DNA from: a virus
Virus record (IMG/VR): IMGVR_UViG_3300025598_000021
Strand: one strand, 5' to 3'
DNA: 64,000 nt
Each line of letters starts with the position of its first letter. Positions within the stretch are counted from its first letter, which is position 1. The translations under genes were made by a program, and so were the position numbers. Under the pieces are notes generated by a model that saw only the letters and a program-made list of their open reading frames with translations, was not told where the DNA came from and made no database searches. This document shows positions 36,148 through 45,983 of this stretch, piece after piece.

Positions 36148-38493
36148 ATGGCTACTTTACTTAGTCCAGGCGTAAACGTTACAGAAATCGACCTAACTAC
36201 GATCGTCCCTTCGGTATCTACTTCGGTCGGTGCTATCGCAGGTCTATTTCGTTGGGGTCCAGTTGGCCAGAGAGCTCTCATCAATTCAGAAACTACTCTA
36301 GTTCAGCAGTTCGGTTCACCAACTAGCTACAACGCAGAGACGTTCTTCACCGCTGCTAACTTCCTATCATATACAAACTCTCTATACGTCGTCCGTGCGG
36401 CCAACACTACTGGCGGCACCGGCAACGCTACTTTCTATTCAGTCGGTGCAAACACGCTCAACCCAAACACTATCCTAACTCTAGCTGGCGGCGGTGTCAC
36501 AAACCTACTATCTTCCAGCATCGTTTCTGGAATGTACGTCACTCAGTCGACTAATACTTCGATCGTTTCAACTAACACTGTAGTGACTGTTATCAACTCT
36601 ACTGCCATAAGCGTCAACGCTAACGTTACTAGTAACTCTCAGCTGACTCTATACATGGGTTACGCTCAGACTAGCTACTCAGCTCTTGCAGTAAAGCCAG
36701 GCACTAACTACGTAAGTAACCTCGTCAACCAGATCGTCACCGGCGACGTAAGCTACAGTAATAAAGTCGCTAACTCAGCTCTCAACTTCGATACTAACGT
36801 CTACTGGGTAGCTAAGTATCCTGGTGAGATGGGTAACTCGTTGAAAATTTCAGTAGTTGATACGGCTAACGCGTTTAGCTCAAACGTCAATCTTTCTGGT
36901 ACGCTAACTGGTAACACCATTGCTGGTAGCATCTCAATTAATACTGGTAACACTTCAGCTACTGTGGTACTAACCGGTGACGGTATTAGTGGTACAGCCG
37001 GCGCTTTCGCAAACGTCGTTCTAGGTAACTTTGGTGTTGGTGACCAGATCCTATTTGGTAATACTACTATCAACCAGCAGTATATGCAGCTTAGCTCGGT
37101 CAGCAACGTTACTACTAACTCTTCTGCTAGTACTTTCACGCTAAACTTTGGTACGCCATACAGACTATCGACTGCATACTCTGCGAACAGCTTCCAGAGA
37201 CAGTGGCAGTATTACATATCAGTAGGAACTGCTCCTGGTCAGTCTAGCTGGCAGCTATACAACGGTAACACTTCGGCTCAAGACGAGCTACACATCGTAG
37301 TAGTCGACGAAGACGGTAAGTTCACCGGTACTCCTGGCACTATTCTTGAGACCTTTAAAGGTCTATCAAGAGCTACAGACGCCATGAACCAAGGTGGTAC
37401 TACCAACTACTACGCTACTGTGATCAACAAGAACTCTAAGTATATCTGGTTCGCAAATGATAGAACTCTTGCTACATCTAACACCGGCGTAAATCTTGCA
37501 TCTTCGCTAAATCCTGCGCCATTGAGTGTAAGTCTATCGCTAGGTCACGACGGTAACAACGAAGCTAATATCGATCTTGCCACTATCACGAACGGCTATG
37601 GCATGTTCGTTTCTAAAGAAGACGTTACTATCGACATTCTTCTACAAGGTAAACCAATCGGTGGTTCTACTGCCGGCGTCAACGTTGGTTCGGTAAACAA
37701 CTATCTACTCGCCAACTACCTTATTGAGAACGTCGTCAACGTAAGAAAAGACTGCGTACTCTGCGTATCACCAGATTCAAGCTTAACGTTGAATGGTTAC
37801 GGTCAGCAGGCTCTCGGTCTTATCGACTGGAGAAACGTTATCGATTCCAGCTCATATACTATCATGGATACTGGTTATAAGTATCAGTACGATCGCTATA
37901 ACGACGTCTATCGTTGGATCCCAATGAACGGCGACATCGGCGGCGTGCTAGCTAGAACCGATCACACAAACGCTCCTTGGTGGTCGCCTGCAGGTTATAA
38001 CCGCGGTCAGATCAACAACGTCGTTAAGTTGGCTTACAATCCTAACCAGTCTGATAGAGATCTTCTCTACTCAAACGGTATTGACCCTGTAGTTACTTTC
38101 CCAGGTCAAGGAACTATCCTATTTGGTGATAAGACCCTACAGACTAAGCCTTCAGCATTCGACAGAATTAACGTTCGCAGACTGTTCTTGGTTCTTGAAA
38201 GAGCCATCTCAATTGCGGCTAAATATTCACTGTTCGAGTTCAACGATACCTTCACTCAGACACAGTTTAAGAATATGATCAACCCATATCTAAGAACTGT
38301 TCAGGGTGCTCGCGGTATCACTGACTTCCTAGTCGTTTGTGACGGCACTAACAACACTCCTCAGATTGTTGATTCTAACCAGTTTGTTGGCGATATCTAC
38401 ATTAAGCCTGCAAGAAGCATCAACTTCATCCAGCTTAACTTCGTCGCTGTTGCTACTGGCGTTCAGTTCTCAACAGTTGTTGGACAGTTTTAA
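36148..38493 (+). CDS. gp18: tail sheath protein gp18
   Basis: LSPGV...EIDLT; WGP; PWWSPAG.NRG; FDRINVRRLF; IKPARSINFI.LNF. Confidence 0.97.
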   Translation: MATLLSPGVNVTEIDLTTIVPSVSTSVGAIAGLFRWGPVGQRALINSETTLVQQFGSPTSYNAETFFTAANFLSYTNSLYVVRAANTTGGTGNATFYSVGANTLNPNTILTLAGGGVTNLLSSSIVSGMYVTQSTNTSIVSTNTVVTVINSTAISVNANVTSNSQLTLYMGYAQTSYSALAVKPGTNYVSNLVNQIVTGDVSYSNKVANSALNFDTNVYWVAKYPGEMGNSLKISVVDTANAFSSNVNLSGTLTGNTIAGSISINTGNTSATVVLTGDGISGTAGAFANVVLGNFGVGDQILFGNTTINQQYMQLSSVSNVTTNSSASTFTLNFGTPYRLSTAYSANSFQRQWQYYISVGTAPGQSSWQLYNGNTSAQDELHIVVVDEDGKFTGTPGTILETFKGLSRATDAMNQGGTTNYYATVINKNSKYIWFANDRTLATSNTGVNLASSLNPAPLSVSLSLGHDGNNEANIDLATITNGYGMFVSKEDVTIDILLQGKPIGGSTAGVNVGSVNNYLLANYLIENVVNVRKDCVLCVSPDSSLTLNGYGQQALGLIDWRNVIDSSSYTIMDTGYKYQYDRYNDVYRWIPMNGDIGGVLARTDHTNAPWWSPAGYNRGQINNVVKLAYNPNQSDRDLLYSNGIDPVVTFPGQGTILFGDKTLQTKPSAFDRINVRRLFLVLERAISIAAKYSLFEFNDTFTQTQFKNMINPYLRTVQGARGITDFLVVCDGTNNTPQIVDSNQFVGDIYIKPARSINFIQLNFVAVATGVQFSTVVGQF

Positions 38494-38527
38494 TAAATAA
38501 AAATAAAACTCTAAAGGAGTAAAGTAG

Positions 38528-39142
38528 ATGCCATTTAATATTAACGCATTCAAACAACAGGGTCTGGTGTACGGTGGCGCCAGACCATCACTGTTCAACG
38601 TATATTTGACAGTACCAGCCGGTATTGGTATTAACAATATTTCAGTTCAGAAGTTCAGCTTCGTGGCTCGCGCCGCGGAGCTACCAGCCTCAGAAGTCGC
38701 TTCTTTCGACGTTCCATACTTTGGAAGAAAGATCAAGGTCGCTGGTGATAGAACTTTCGCTGACTGGCGTGTCACCATCATGAACGACGAAGACTTCGCT
38801 GTTCGCTCGATGCTCGAAGCTTGGTCAAACGCTATTAACCGTATGGTCGCTAACGTTCGCGATCCTGCTCTTGACTCAGAGCTATATAAAGCAGATCTCC
38901 AGGTAATTCAGTACGGTAAAGACGGCGTGCCACTAAGATCATACGCTATCGTCGGCGCTTTCCCAACTGTGATCGACGCTATCGCTCTAGACTGGAATCA
39001 GACTAACGCGATCGAAGAATTCGCAGTAACGTTCGCATACGACTACTGGATCCCTGTAGTTGAGACTTCAACTTTCGAGGCCGGCGGCGTTAACACCTAC
39101 GGATCTCGCGCGGTCACTAACGGCCCAATGGGTCCAAATTAA
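38528..39142 (+). CDS. gp19: tail tube protein gp19
   Basis: GGARPSLF; FGRKIKVAGDRTF.DW..TI.NDEDF; IEEF.VTFAYDYW. Confidence 0.95.
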   Translation: MPFNINAFKQQGLVYGGARPSLFNVYLTVPAGIGINNISVQKFSFVARAAELPASEVASFDVPYFGRKIKVAGDRTFADWRVTIMNDEDFAVRSMLEAWSNAINRMVANVRDPALDSELYKADLQVIQYGKDGVPLRSYAIVGAFPTVIDAIALDWNQTNAIEEFAVTFAYDYWIPVVETSTFEAGGVNTYGSRAVTNGPMGPN

Positions 39143-39145
39143 TAT

Positions 39146-39153
39146 TATAAATA
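39146..39153 (+). promoter_or_regulatory. T4-type late promoter (gp20)
   Basis: Intergenic TATAAATA. Confidence 0.75.
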
Positions 39154-39169
39154 TTCTATACTTTGACAA

Positions 39170-39196
39170 GAGGGGAGTAGATCTCCCCTCATTTTT
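39170..39196 (+). terminator. Rho-independent terminator after gp19
   Basis: gaggggag-tagat-ctcccctc-attttt. Confidence 0.7.
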
Positions 39197-39206
39197 GGAG
39201 ATTTAA

Positions 39207-41015
39207 ATGGCTGTTAAACTTTTCGGGTTTGAATTCAAACGTAAAACCCAAGATCAAGATCCAATCCCATCATTCACACCAAAAGAATCAGATGATGGTG
39301 CAGTAACAATTGCTGCCGGTGGTGCGTATGGCACTTACGTAGATCTTGATGGTACTGTAAGAACAGAAGCTGAGTTAGTCACTAAGTATCGCGAGATGTC
39401 GCTCCATCCAGAGTGTGACGCCGCGGTAGATGAGATAGTCAATGAGTCTATATCTATCGACGAAGAAGACATAGTAACCATCGATCTAGACGATACCGAA
39501 TTATCAGATCCAGTCAAAAAAGCCATCACAGAAGAGTTTGATAATTGTCTAAAGATCTTAGACTTTAAAAATCACGCTTATGATATCTATCGCCGCTGGT
39601 ATGTCGATGGTAGACTATACTATCACGTCATCGTAGATCCTAATGATCCTAAGGCTGGTATCAAAGAAGTAAGATACATCGATCCTCGCAAGATTCGCAA
39701 AGTCAGAGAGATATCAAAGAAGAGAGTAGCGTCAGAGAATCCAGGTGACGCTTCTATCGCTAAGGTAGTCAACGAATACTTCATCTTTAACGATAAAGGA
39801 TTTAACTACGGCAATAAAGTAGTTGGTCCGTCGACGTCTGGATTGAAGATCTCTAGAGACTCTATACTACACATCGTATCTGGTCTCACTGACAACCAGG
39901 GAACGATGGTCTTATCGTATCTTCATAAAGCAATTAAGGCGCTAAATCAGCTCCGCACGCTAGAAGACGCGCTTGTGATCTACAGACTATCGCGCGCTCC
40001 TGAACGACGTATCTGGTACATCGACGTCGGCAACCTACCAAAGATGAAGGCTGAGCAGTACGTTCGCGACATCATGGTCAAGCACAAGAACAGACTTATC
40101 TACGACGGCAACACAGGTGAAGTAAGAGACGATCGCAAGTTCATGACCATGCTCGAGGACTACTGGCTACCTCGTCGTGAGGGTGGAAGAGGAACTGAAG
40201 TCACGACACTTCCTGGTGGTCAGACGCTAGGTCAGATGGATGACGTTCTATACTTCCAAAAGAAATTCTTAAACTGTCTAAACGTTCCAATCTCACGCTT
40301 AAATTCAGACGCACTCTTTTCAATGGGTCGCGCAACTGAGATCACGCGCGACGAACTAAAGTTTGCTAGATTCGTTATCAGACTACGTCATAAGTTCACT
40401 ATGCTGTTCCTAAAGATGCTAGAGAAGCAGGTCGTTCTAAAAGGCGTGATGACAATCGAAGACTGGCAGAACGTATGGACAGACATCAAGTTCGACTACG
40501 CTAAAGATAACTACTTCACCGAGTTAAAGAACGCAGAGATCGCTCAGAATCGCGTGCAGCTGGTGCAGACGTTCGATCAGGCAGGTATCATCGGCAAGTA
40601 CGTGTCGCATGAGTATATTCGCAAGAGCGTGATGCAACAGACCGATGAGGATATATCTGAGCAGGATAAGTTAATCAAGAAAGAAAATAATTCTGGCGAC
40701 AGCAGGTGGATCAATCCCGCGATCGAACAGAACATCGACATGATGAATCAGATGCAAGTTCAGAACGCGCAGCAGCAGCAACAGATGCAAGGCGACGCTG
40801 ACAAGGGTCAAGGTGATCAAGATCAAGATCAAGATCCGGAACAGTCTAAAAAGATGGAGGCCCTTCGCCAGGCAATGGTGTTGATCGATCAAATGAAACA
40901 AAAAGGAAAGTCCGGAAGATCTATTCAGGACGAAGCTAGATATAAGTCTGCACTGCAGCTTGTAGCTCAGAACAAAGATATGCTTAGTCAGATGGGTCAA
41001 CCAACTAATAAATGA
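39207..41015 (+). CDS. gp20: portal protein gp20
   Basis: WYVDGR; YRLSRAPERRIWYIDVGNLPK.KAEQY; EDYWLPRREGGRGTE. Confidence 0.97.
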   Translation: MAVKLFGFEFKRKTQDQDPIPSFTPKESDDGAVTIAAGGAYGTYVDLDGTVRTEAELVTKYREMSLHPECDAAVDEIVNESISIDEEDIVTIDLDDTELSDPVKKAITEEFDNCLKILDFKNHAYDIYRRWYVDGRLYYHVIVDPNDPKAGIKEVRYIDPRKIRKVREISKKRVASENPGDASIAKVVNEYFIFNDKGFNYGNKVVGPSTSGLKISRDSILHIVSGLTDNQGTMVLSYLHKAIKALNQLRTLEDALVIYRLSRAPERRIWYIDVGNLPKMKAEQYVRDIMVKHKNRLIYDGNTGEVRDDRKFMTMLEDYWLPRREGGRGTEVTTLPGGQTLGQMDDVLYFQKKFLNCLNVPISRLNSDALFSMGRATEITRDELKFARFVIRLRHKFTMLFLKMLEKQVVLKGVMTIEDWQNVWTDIKFDYAKDNYFTELKNAEIAQNRVQLVQTFDQAGIIGKYVSHEYIRKSVMQQTDEDISEQDKLIKKENNSGDSRWINPAIEQNIDMMNQMQVQNAQQQQQMQGDADKGQGDQDQDQDPEQSKKMEALRQAMVLIDQMKQKGKSGRSIQDEARYKSALQLVAQNKDMLSQMGQPTNK

Positions 41016-41028
41016 CAGGAGTTTATAA

Positions 41029-41220
41029 ATGTTAGAAGATGATAAATATAGTGTAGATGATTTAATCTCTAACGCCGCCGATCAAAAGCCAACAGAGTTC
41101 GAAAACACATTCAGCTCACTAGTGATGGATAGAATCAGGACTGCAGTAGAGACAAAGAAACAAGAAATCGCAGCTCAGATGTATAACTACAATCCTGAGA
41201 CTGAAGCATCAGGAGAATAA
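41029..41220 (+). CDS. small prohead core protein (gp67-like position)
   Basis: Acidic 63 aa ORF immediately after the portal gene. Confidence 0.5.
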   Translation: MLEDDKYSVDDLISNAADQKPTEFENTFSSLVMDRIRTAVETKKQEIAAQMYNYNPETEASGE

Positions 41221-41225
41221 AAGTA

Positions 41226-42269
41226 ATGGCAAAATTTCTTAAGTCCATTTTAGAAGATAAACGTCTAGAAGGCGTTAAGAAATCAACGACTGTTCCTGGT
41301 CATACCGGAGACGTTCCAGGTGTAGATTACGACCCAAAAGCTCCTGAAGATCAGAAATTCGTAGCCATTCACGATACAGAAAAGCATGCTAGCCGTGCAG
41401 GCAACGGTCCCGACGTTTTCGCCGGCGCTAAGCAGAAACCAGCTCTATCGACTCCACAAGCTAAGCATATGGGACGTAAGAATCTCAAAGACGCTATGAA
41501 GGTAAATGAAGAAGAGATCGAAGAAAAGTATCTAGGTTTTGGTAAATTAAAGGCCGCTCTATCGCACAAGAGCGGCATTAAAGATCCAGGAGCTCTTGCA
41601 GCCTCTATCGGTCGCGAGAAGTATGGAAAGGCTAAGTTTCAAAAAGCTGCAGCCGCAGATCACAAGATGAAAGAAGACGTCGAAGTCGATGAGGCTGCTG
41701 AGTGTAATCACACTCCTGCTGGAACTAAATGTCCGATGCACTACCTTGCCGACTGCTCAGGTATGACAGGCAAGAGCAAGCATCTGCTCGTAGACAAGAA
41801 AGTAAACGAAGACGTTGCTATTGACGAATCTATCGCTGATCGTAAAGCGCACAGCGACCATATGCATCTTATAGCTAAGACAGGTAAGACTAATACCGGC
41901 GCTACTGCTAGCAAAGCTCTAAGAGACAAAGCTCATGCGTTCATAAAGCAGAAACAAAGCAATAAGACAGTAGCAAAAGAAGACGTTCAGATCGACGAGG
42001 TATTGACTGCTAAAGATCCAGCGTCAAAGTGGATACACGACTTCATTCACTCCGACAATCCTAAGTTTGCAGGCAAGTCAAAGAAAGAGCGTCAGCAGCA
42101 GGCACTAGCTGCTTACTACTCTAAGAAGCGTTCAGTAAAAGAAGACGCTGCAGAGCCTATGCTCGAGGGTGGAAAGAAAAAGAAATTAAAGAAAGAATCA
42201 GGACCAGACTCACAGATGGTTCCAAACGGTTATACGAATGTTAAAGCAGACACGGGATATTCAATATGA
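41226..42269 (+). CDS. prohead core/internal head protein with repeated protease-site-like linkers
   Basis: Lies between gp20 and gp21; repeated (K/N)E(D/E)xxxxE linkers separating basic modules. Confidence 0.55.
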   Translation: MAKFLKSILEDKRLEGVKKSTTVPGHTGDVPGVDYDPKAPEDQKFVAIHDTEKHASRAGNGPDVFAGAKQKPALSTPQAKHMGRKNLKDAMKVNEEEIEEKYLGFGKLKAALSHKSGIKDPGALAASIGREKYGKAKFQKAAAADHKMKEDVEVDEAAECNHTPAGTKCPMHYLADCSGMTGKSKHLLVDKKVNEDVAIDESIADRKAHSDHMHLIAKTGKTNTGATASKALRDKAHAFIKQKQSNKTVAKEDVQIDEVLTAKDPASKWIHDFIHSDNPKFAGKSKKERQQQALAAYYSKKRSVKEDAAEPMLEGGKKKKLKKESGPDSQMVPNGYTNVKADTGYSI

Positions 42270-42508
42270 TCATTAAACCACTAGGCGCAGAAGTCTCTAT
42301 CGCATCTGCAAACTCAGTAGCTAATTCTATGCTCGTAAGAGTAATTAACACCGGTGCAGCTGCTGTTTTACATATAGCTTCAAATACTGGAACAGAGTAT
42401 GCAAACCTGACTGTTTCGAATGCACAGTATGTCGTCATACAGAAAAACACCACAGACACACTTACTGGAGCTAATATGTTAGCCGTTCCAGTAGCATACA
42501 AATACTAA
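42266..42508 (+). CDS. hypothetical head-region protein
   Basis: Coupled ORF before gp21. Confidence 0.5.
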   Translation: MIIKPLGAEVSIASANSVANSMLVRVINTGAAAVLHIASNTGTEYANLTVSNAQYVVIQKNTTDTLTGANMLAVPVAYKY

Positions 42509-42517
42509 GGAAAAGAA

Positions 42518-43189
42518 ATGAAGCTAATATCGGAACTAGTAGAAGAAACAAGTGTTATTACCGAATTAAACGAAAACGGTAAGAAAGACTATTATATTAC
42601 CGGCCGCTTCATGACTGCCGATGAGCCTAATAAGAACGGAAGACTCTACGAGAAGAAGATTCTAGAAAATGAAGTCTCCAGATATGTTAGAGAGATGGTC
42701 AATACTAAAAGAGCGCTAGGCGAGCTCAACCATCCACAGGGTCCGACTATCAATCTTGACAGAGTATCACACATGATAACTGAATTATCGTGGGATAGAA
42801 ACTATGTCAATGGTAAGGCTAAGATCACAGATACTCCTATGGGTCAGATCGTTAAGGGTCTATTAGAAGGTGGATGGAAGGGCGGCGTCTCTACTCGCGG
42901 CATGGGTTCGCTAAAAGAGTCAAATGGTATAATGGTAGTTCAGTCAGACTTTAAGCTTTCAACAGTAGACATCGTCTCTGATCCATCAGGTCCAGGCTGC
43001 TTCGTCAATGGTATCATGGAAAACGTAGAATGGATATATGATCCAGTCAAAGGTACTTGGCATGAAGAACAGCTTCATACGATGAAGGAAGAGATTCATA
43101 AGATGTCTATCAAAGAGATAGAAGAGAAGAAATTGGAGCTATTTGAAAACTATATTGCTTCTCTGACAGTAAAAAACCACTTAATATAA
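42518..43189 (+). CDS. gp21: prohead protease gp21
   Basis: NKNGR.Y; ALGELNHP; GVSTRGMGSL; DIVSDPS. Confidence 0.96.
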   Translation: MKLISELVEETSVITELNENGKKDYYITGRFMTADEPNKNGRLYEKKILENEVSRYVREMVNTKRALGELNHPQGPTINLDRVSHMITELSWDRNYVNGKAKITDTPMGQIVKGLLEGGWKGGVSTRGMGSLKESNGIMVVQSDFKLSTVDIVSDPSGPGCFVNGIMENVEWIYDPVKGTWHEEQLHTMKEEIHKMSIKEIEEKKLELFENYIASLTVKNHLI

Positions 43190-43192
43190 ATA
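43185..43192 (+). promoter_or_regulatory. T4-type late promoter (gp22)
   Basis: TATAAATA overlapping the gp21 stop codon. Confidence 0.8.
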
Positions 43193-43222
43193 ATTATAAA
43201 TTTTTAAAAGGAGACTATTCTA

Positions 43223-44437
43223 ATGGCTAACTTAGAAAACGAAACAGACTTCGAAGACGTTGCTGATAACAGCGCTGAAGTTGTTGAGGAAGAGGTAGAG
43301 AACGTAGACGAAGCCGAAGAAGGATGGTCTGCTTCTAACAAGAAAGACGCTAAATTGACAAAGAAACAAGAAAAAGCAGAGAACAAGGGTGCCGCCGTTA
43401 AAGAAGACACTGTAGCTGCTGAAACTATCAAAGCTCATAAGTCAGCTGACAAGTCAAACGCCGGCAGCGATGACAAGGCTCTTACTTGTTCAAAAGTTTC
43501 AATGATGCAGCACATGGTCAACGCTATGGCCGGCATGACTAAGACAGACGCCGTTGAGTGGTTCAACAAAGCCATGGCTGTCTACGGTCCTGGCAAGTCA
43601 CACGGTGTTGGCGACGTTTCTAAATCAAACGAAGCTTCAATCGACACTACTCTAGGTAAGGGTCCAAAGACTGCATACCCAATGCCTAAGCTCGATTCAA
43701 AGAATCACTGGGCTGAAGACGTTGAGGGAATGTTCGACGATCAAGAGAACCTCTCTGAAGACTTCAAAGAAAAAGCAACTACTATATTCGAAGCAGCTGT
43801 TGGCGCTCGTGTCACTACTGAAATCGCTCGTCTCGAAGAAGAGTTCGAGACTAAGCTCGATGAGCAGGTCGAAGTAATTAGAGAAGAGCTATCATCAAAG
43901 CTCGACACTTATCTAGACTACGTCGTTGAGAACTGGATGAAAGAAAACGAAGTTGCTATCGAGTCAACTCTCCGTAACGAGATCATGGAAGAGTTCATCG
44001 AAGGTCTTAAAGGTCTATTCGCTGAGCACTACATCAACGTTCCTGAGACTAAGGTCGATGTTCTAGAAGCTCTCGCTGACAAGGTAGAGTCACTAGAGGC
44101 AAAACTCGACGAGCAGATCACTAAGAATGCTGAGCTCGAGGAAGTACTAATTGAAGAAGCTAAGAAAGACATCTTCGAAGAGATCTCTTCCGATCTTGCT
44201 CTCACGCAGCAGGAAAAGTTTGCTTCACTAGCCGAAGGCATTGAGTTCAATGGCGATCTCGAGACTTACACTAAGAAACTAAAGATCGTTAAGGAAAACT
44301 ATTTCAAGGCTCCAACCACTCACTCTTCAAACATCACTGAAGAGACTTTTGAGGGTGACGTCACTGACACTGTTGTTTCTGTCGATCCAAGCGTAAATCG
44401 TTACGTTCAAGCAATCGCAAGAACTGTTAAGAAATAA
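43223..44437 (+). CDS. gp22: prohead scaffold protein gp22
   Basis: LSEDFKEKA.TIFEAAV; YLDYVVE.WM.EN..AIE; LF.EHYI.VP. Confidence 0.93.
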   Translation: MANLENETDFEDVADNSAEVVEEEVENVDEAEEGWSASNKKDAKLTKKQEKAENKGAAVKEDTVAAETIKAHKSADKSNAGSDDKALTCSKVSMMQHMVNAMAGMTKTDAVEWFNKAMAVYGPGKSHGVGDVSKSNEASIDTTLGKGPKTAYPMPKLDSKNHWAEDVEGMFDDQENLSEDFKEKATTIFEAAVGARVTTEIARLEEEFETKLDEQVEVIREELSSKLDTYLDYVVENWMKENEVAIESTLRNEIMEEFIEGLKGLFAEHYINVPETKVDVLEALADKVESLEAKLDEQITKNAELEEVLIEEAKKDIFEEISSDLALTQQEKFASLAEGIEFNGDLETYTKKLKIVKENYFKAPTTHSSNITEETFEGDVTDTVVSVDPSVNRYVQAIARTVKK

Positions 44438-44442
44438 TTAGT

Positions 44443-44450
44443 TATAAATA
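44443..44450 (+). promoter_or_regulatory. T4-type late promoter (gp23)
   Basis: Intergenic TATAAATA. Confidence 0.85.
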
Positions 44451-44482
44451 ATTAATAAACCTTAGTAAAGAAAGGAAAATAA

Positions 44483-45886
44483 ATGTATCTAGCTGAGGAA
44501 ATTCAAAACAAGTGGGCACCAGTGCTCGACCATGACGCTCTTGGAGAAATCAAAGACGCTCATCGTCGTTCGGTCACTGCCCTTATGCTCGAGAACACTG
44601 AGAATGCTCTTCGCGAGTCAGCAGCTCATGGCAGCTACCAGACTCTAACTGAGACTTCTTCTGCTCTCCCTGCAAACTTCATGGGCTCTTCAAGCTCAAC
44701 TGCTGGTGCAGGCGGTATCGATACTTTCGATCCTGTTCTTATCAGCCTAGTTCGTCGCGCAATGCCTAACCTCATTGCATACGACATCTGCGGCGTTCAG
44801 CCAATGACTGGCCCAACTGGTCTTATCTTTGCTATGCGTTCGCGCTACGCAAACCAGACTGGTGCAAACGGTCTTGCAAACGGTGCAGTTCAAGACAACG
44901 AAACCTTCTACAACGAAGTCAACACTGCGTTCACTGGTCTCGGCGGTCTTACTGGCGTCAATCCAAACACCTACGGTCAGGGCTTCACCGGCACTATCCC
45001 AGGTGCGACTAACACCACACCACTAACTGCCACCAACACCTATAACACTGGTTTTGGTATGTCAACTGCACAGGGCGAAGCTCTCGGCGTTGATTCCGGC
45101 AACACCTTCCCTCAGATGGCTTTCACTATCGAGAAGGTTACTGTTACTGCTAACACTCGCGCCCTAAAGGCAGAGTACACTATGGAACTCGCTCAAGATC
45201 TTAAAGCCATTCACGGCCTAGACGCTGAGACTGAACTCTCCAACATCCTTTCAGCAGAAATTCTTGCTGAAATCAACCGTGAAATCGTTCGCACGATCAA
45301 CATCACTGCAGTTCCTGGTGCTCAGCTGAACACTACTACTGCCGGCGTGTTCGATCTCGACACTGATTCAAACGGTCGTTGGTCGGTTGAGAAGTTCAAA
45401 GGTCTTATGTTCCAGCTCGAAAGAGAAGCTAACCAGATCGCTAAGCAGACTCGTAGAGGGAAAGGTAACATCGTTATCTGTTCTTCGGATGTTGCATCCG
45501 CTCTACAGATGGCCGGCGTTCTCGACTACGCTCCAGCTCTTAACAGCAACAAACTAGAAGTTGACGATACTGGCAACACTTTCGCTGGTGTTCTCAATGG
45601 TCGCCTAAAAGTCTATATCGACCCATACGCTATCGGTGGTAACTACATCACTGTCGGCTATAAGGGTTCTTCGGCTTTCGATGCTGGCCTATTCTACTGC
45701 CCATACGTTCCACTTCAGATGGTTCGTGCAGTTGATCAGTCAACTTTCCAGCCAAAGATTGGCTTCAAGACTCGTTACGGCGTTGTCGCGAATCCTTTCG
45801 CTCAGGGCCTCACTAAGGGTTCTGGTGCACTTGCTATCAGCACTAACGTCTACTATCGTAGAGTTATTGTTAACAACCTTATGTAA
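44483..45886 (+). CDS. gp23: major capsid protein gp23
   Basis: LVRR.MPNLIAYDICGVQPM.GPTGLIFAMR; RALKAEYT.ELAQDLKAIHGLDAE; GLFYCPYVPLQM. Confidence 0.99.
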   Translation: MYLAEEIQNKWAPVLDHDALGEIKDAHRRSVTALMLENTENALRESAAHGSYQTLTETSSALPANFMGSSSSTAGAGGIDTFDPVLISLVRRAMPNLIAYDICGVQPMTGPTGLIFAMRSRYANQTGANGLANGAVQDNETFYNEVNTAFTGLGGLTGVNPNTYGQGFTGTIPGATNTTPLTATNTYNTGFGMSTAQGEALGVDSGNTFPQMAFTIEKVTVTANTRALKAEYTMELAQDLKAIHGLDAETELSNILSAEILAEINREIVRTINITAVPGAQLNTTTAGVFDLDTDSNGRWSVEKFKGLMFQLEREANQIAKQTRRGKGNIVICSSDVASALQMAGVLDYAPALNSNKLEVDDTGNTFAGVLNGRLKVYIDPYAIGGNYITVGYKGSSAFDAGLFYCPYVPLQMVRAVDQSTFQPKIGFKTRYGVVANPFAQGLTKGSGALAISTNVYYRRVIVNNLM

Positions 45887-45929
45887 TATAAGGCTAAGTA
45901 GACCCCGTAAACAAGGGGGCGAGAAACTT

Positions 45930-45954
45930 GGGGAGTCTTCGGACTCCCCTTTTT
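45930..45954 (+). terminator. Rho-independent terminator after gp23 with C(UUCG)G loop
   Basis: ggggagtc-ttcg-gactcccc-ttttt. Confidence 0.92.
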
Positions 45955-45958
45955 CATA

Positions 45959-45966
45959 TATAAATA
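45959..45966 (+). promoter_or_regulatory. T4-type late promoter (gp3)
   Basis: TATAAATA directly after the gp23 terminator. Confidence 0.8.
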
Positions 45967-45983
45967 CATAAAAGGAGTGTGGC

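Noticed and set aside
40815-40836. (GATCAA)3 repeat in the portal 3' region as a regulatory element
   Set aside because: It encodes a DQDQDQD low-complexity linker in the variable C-terminal extension.
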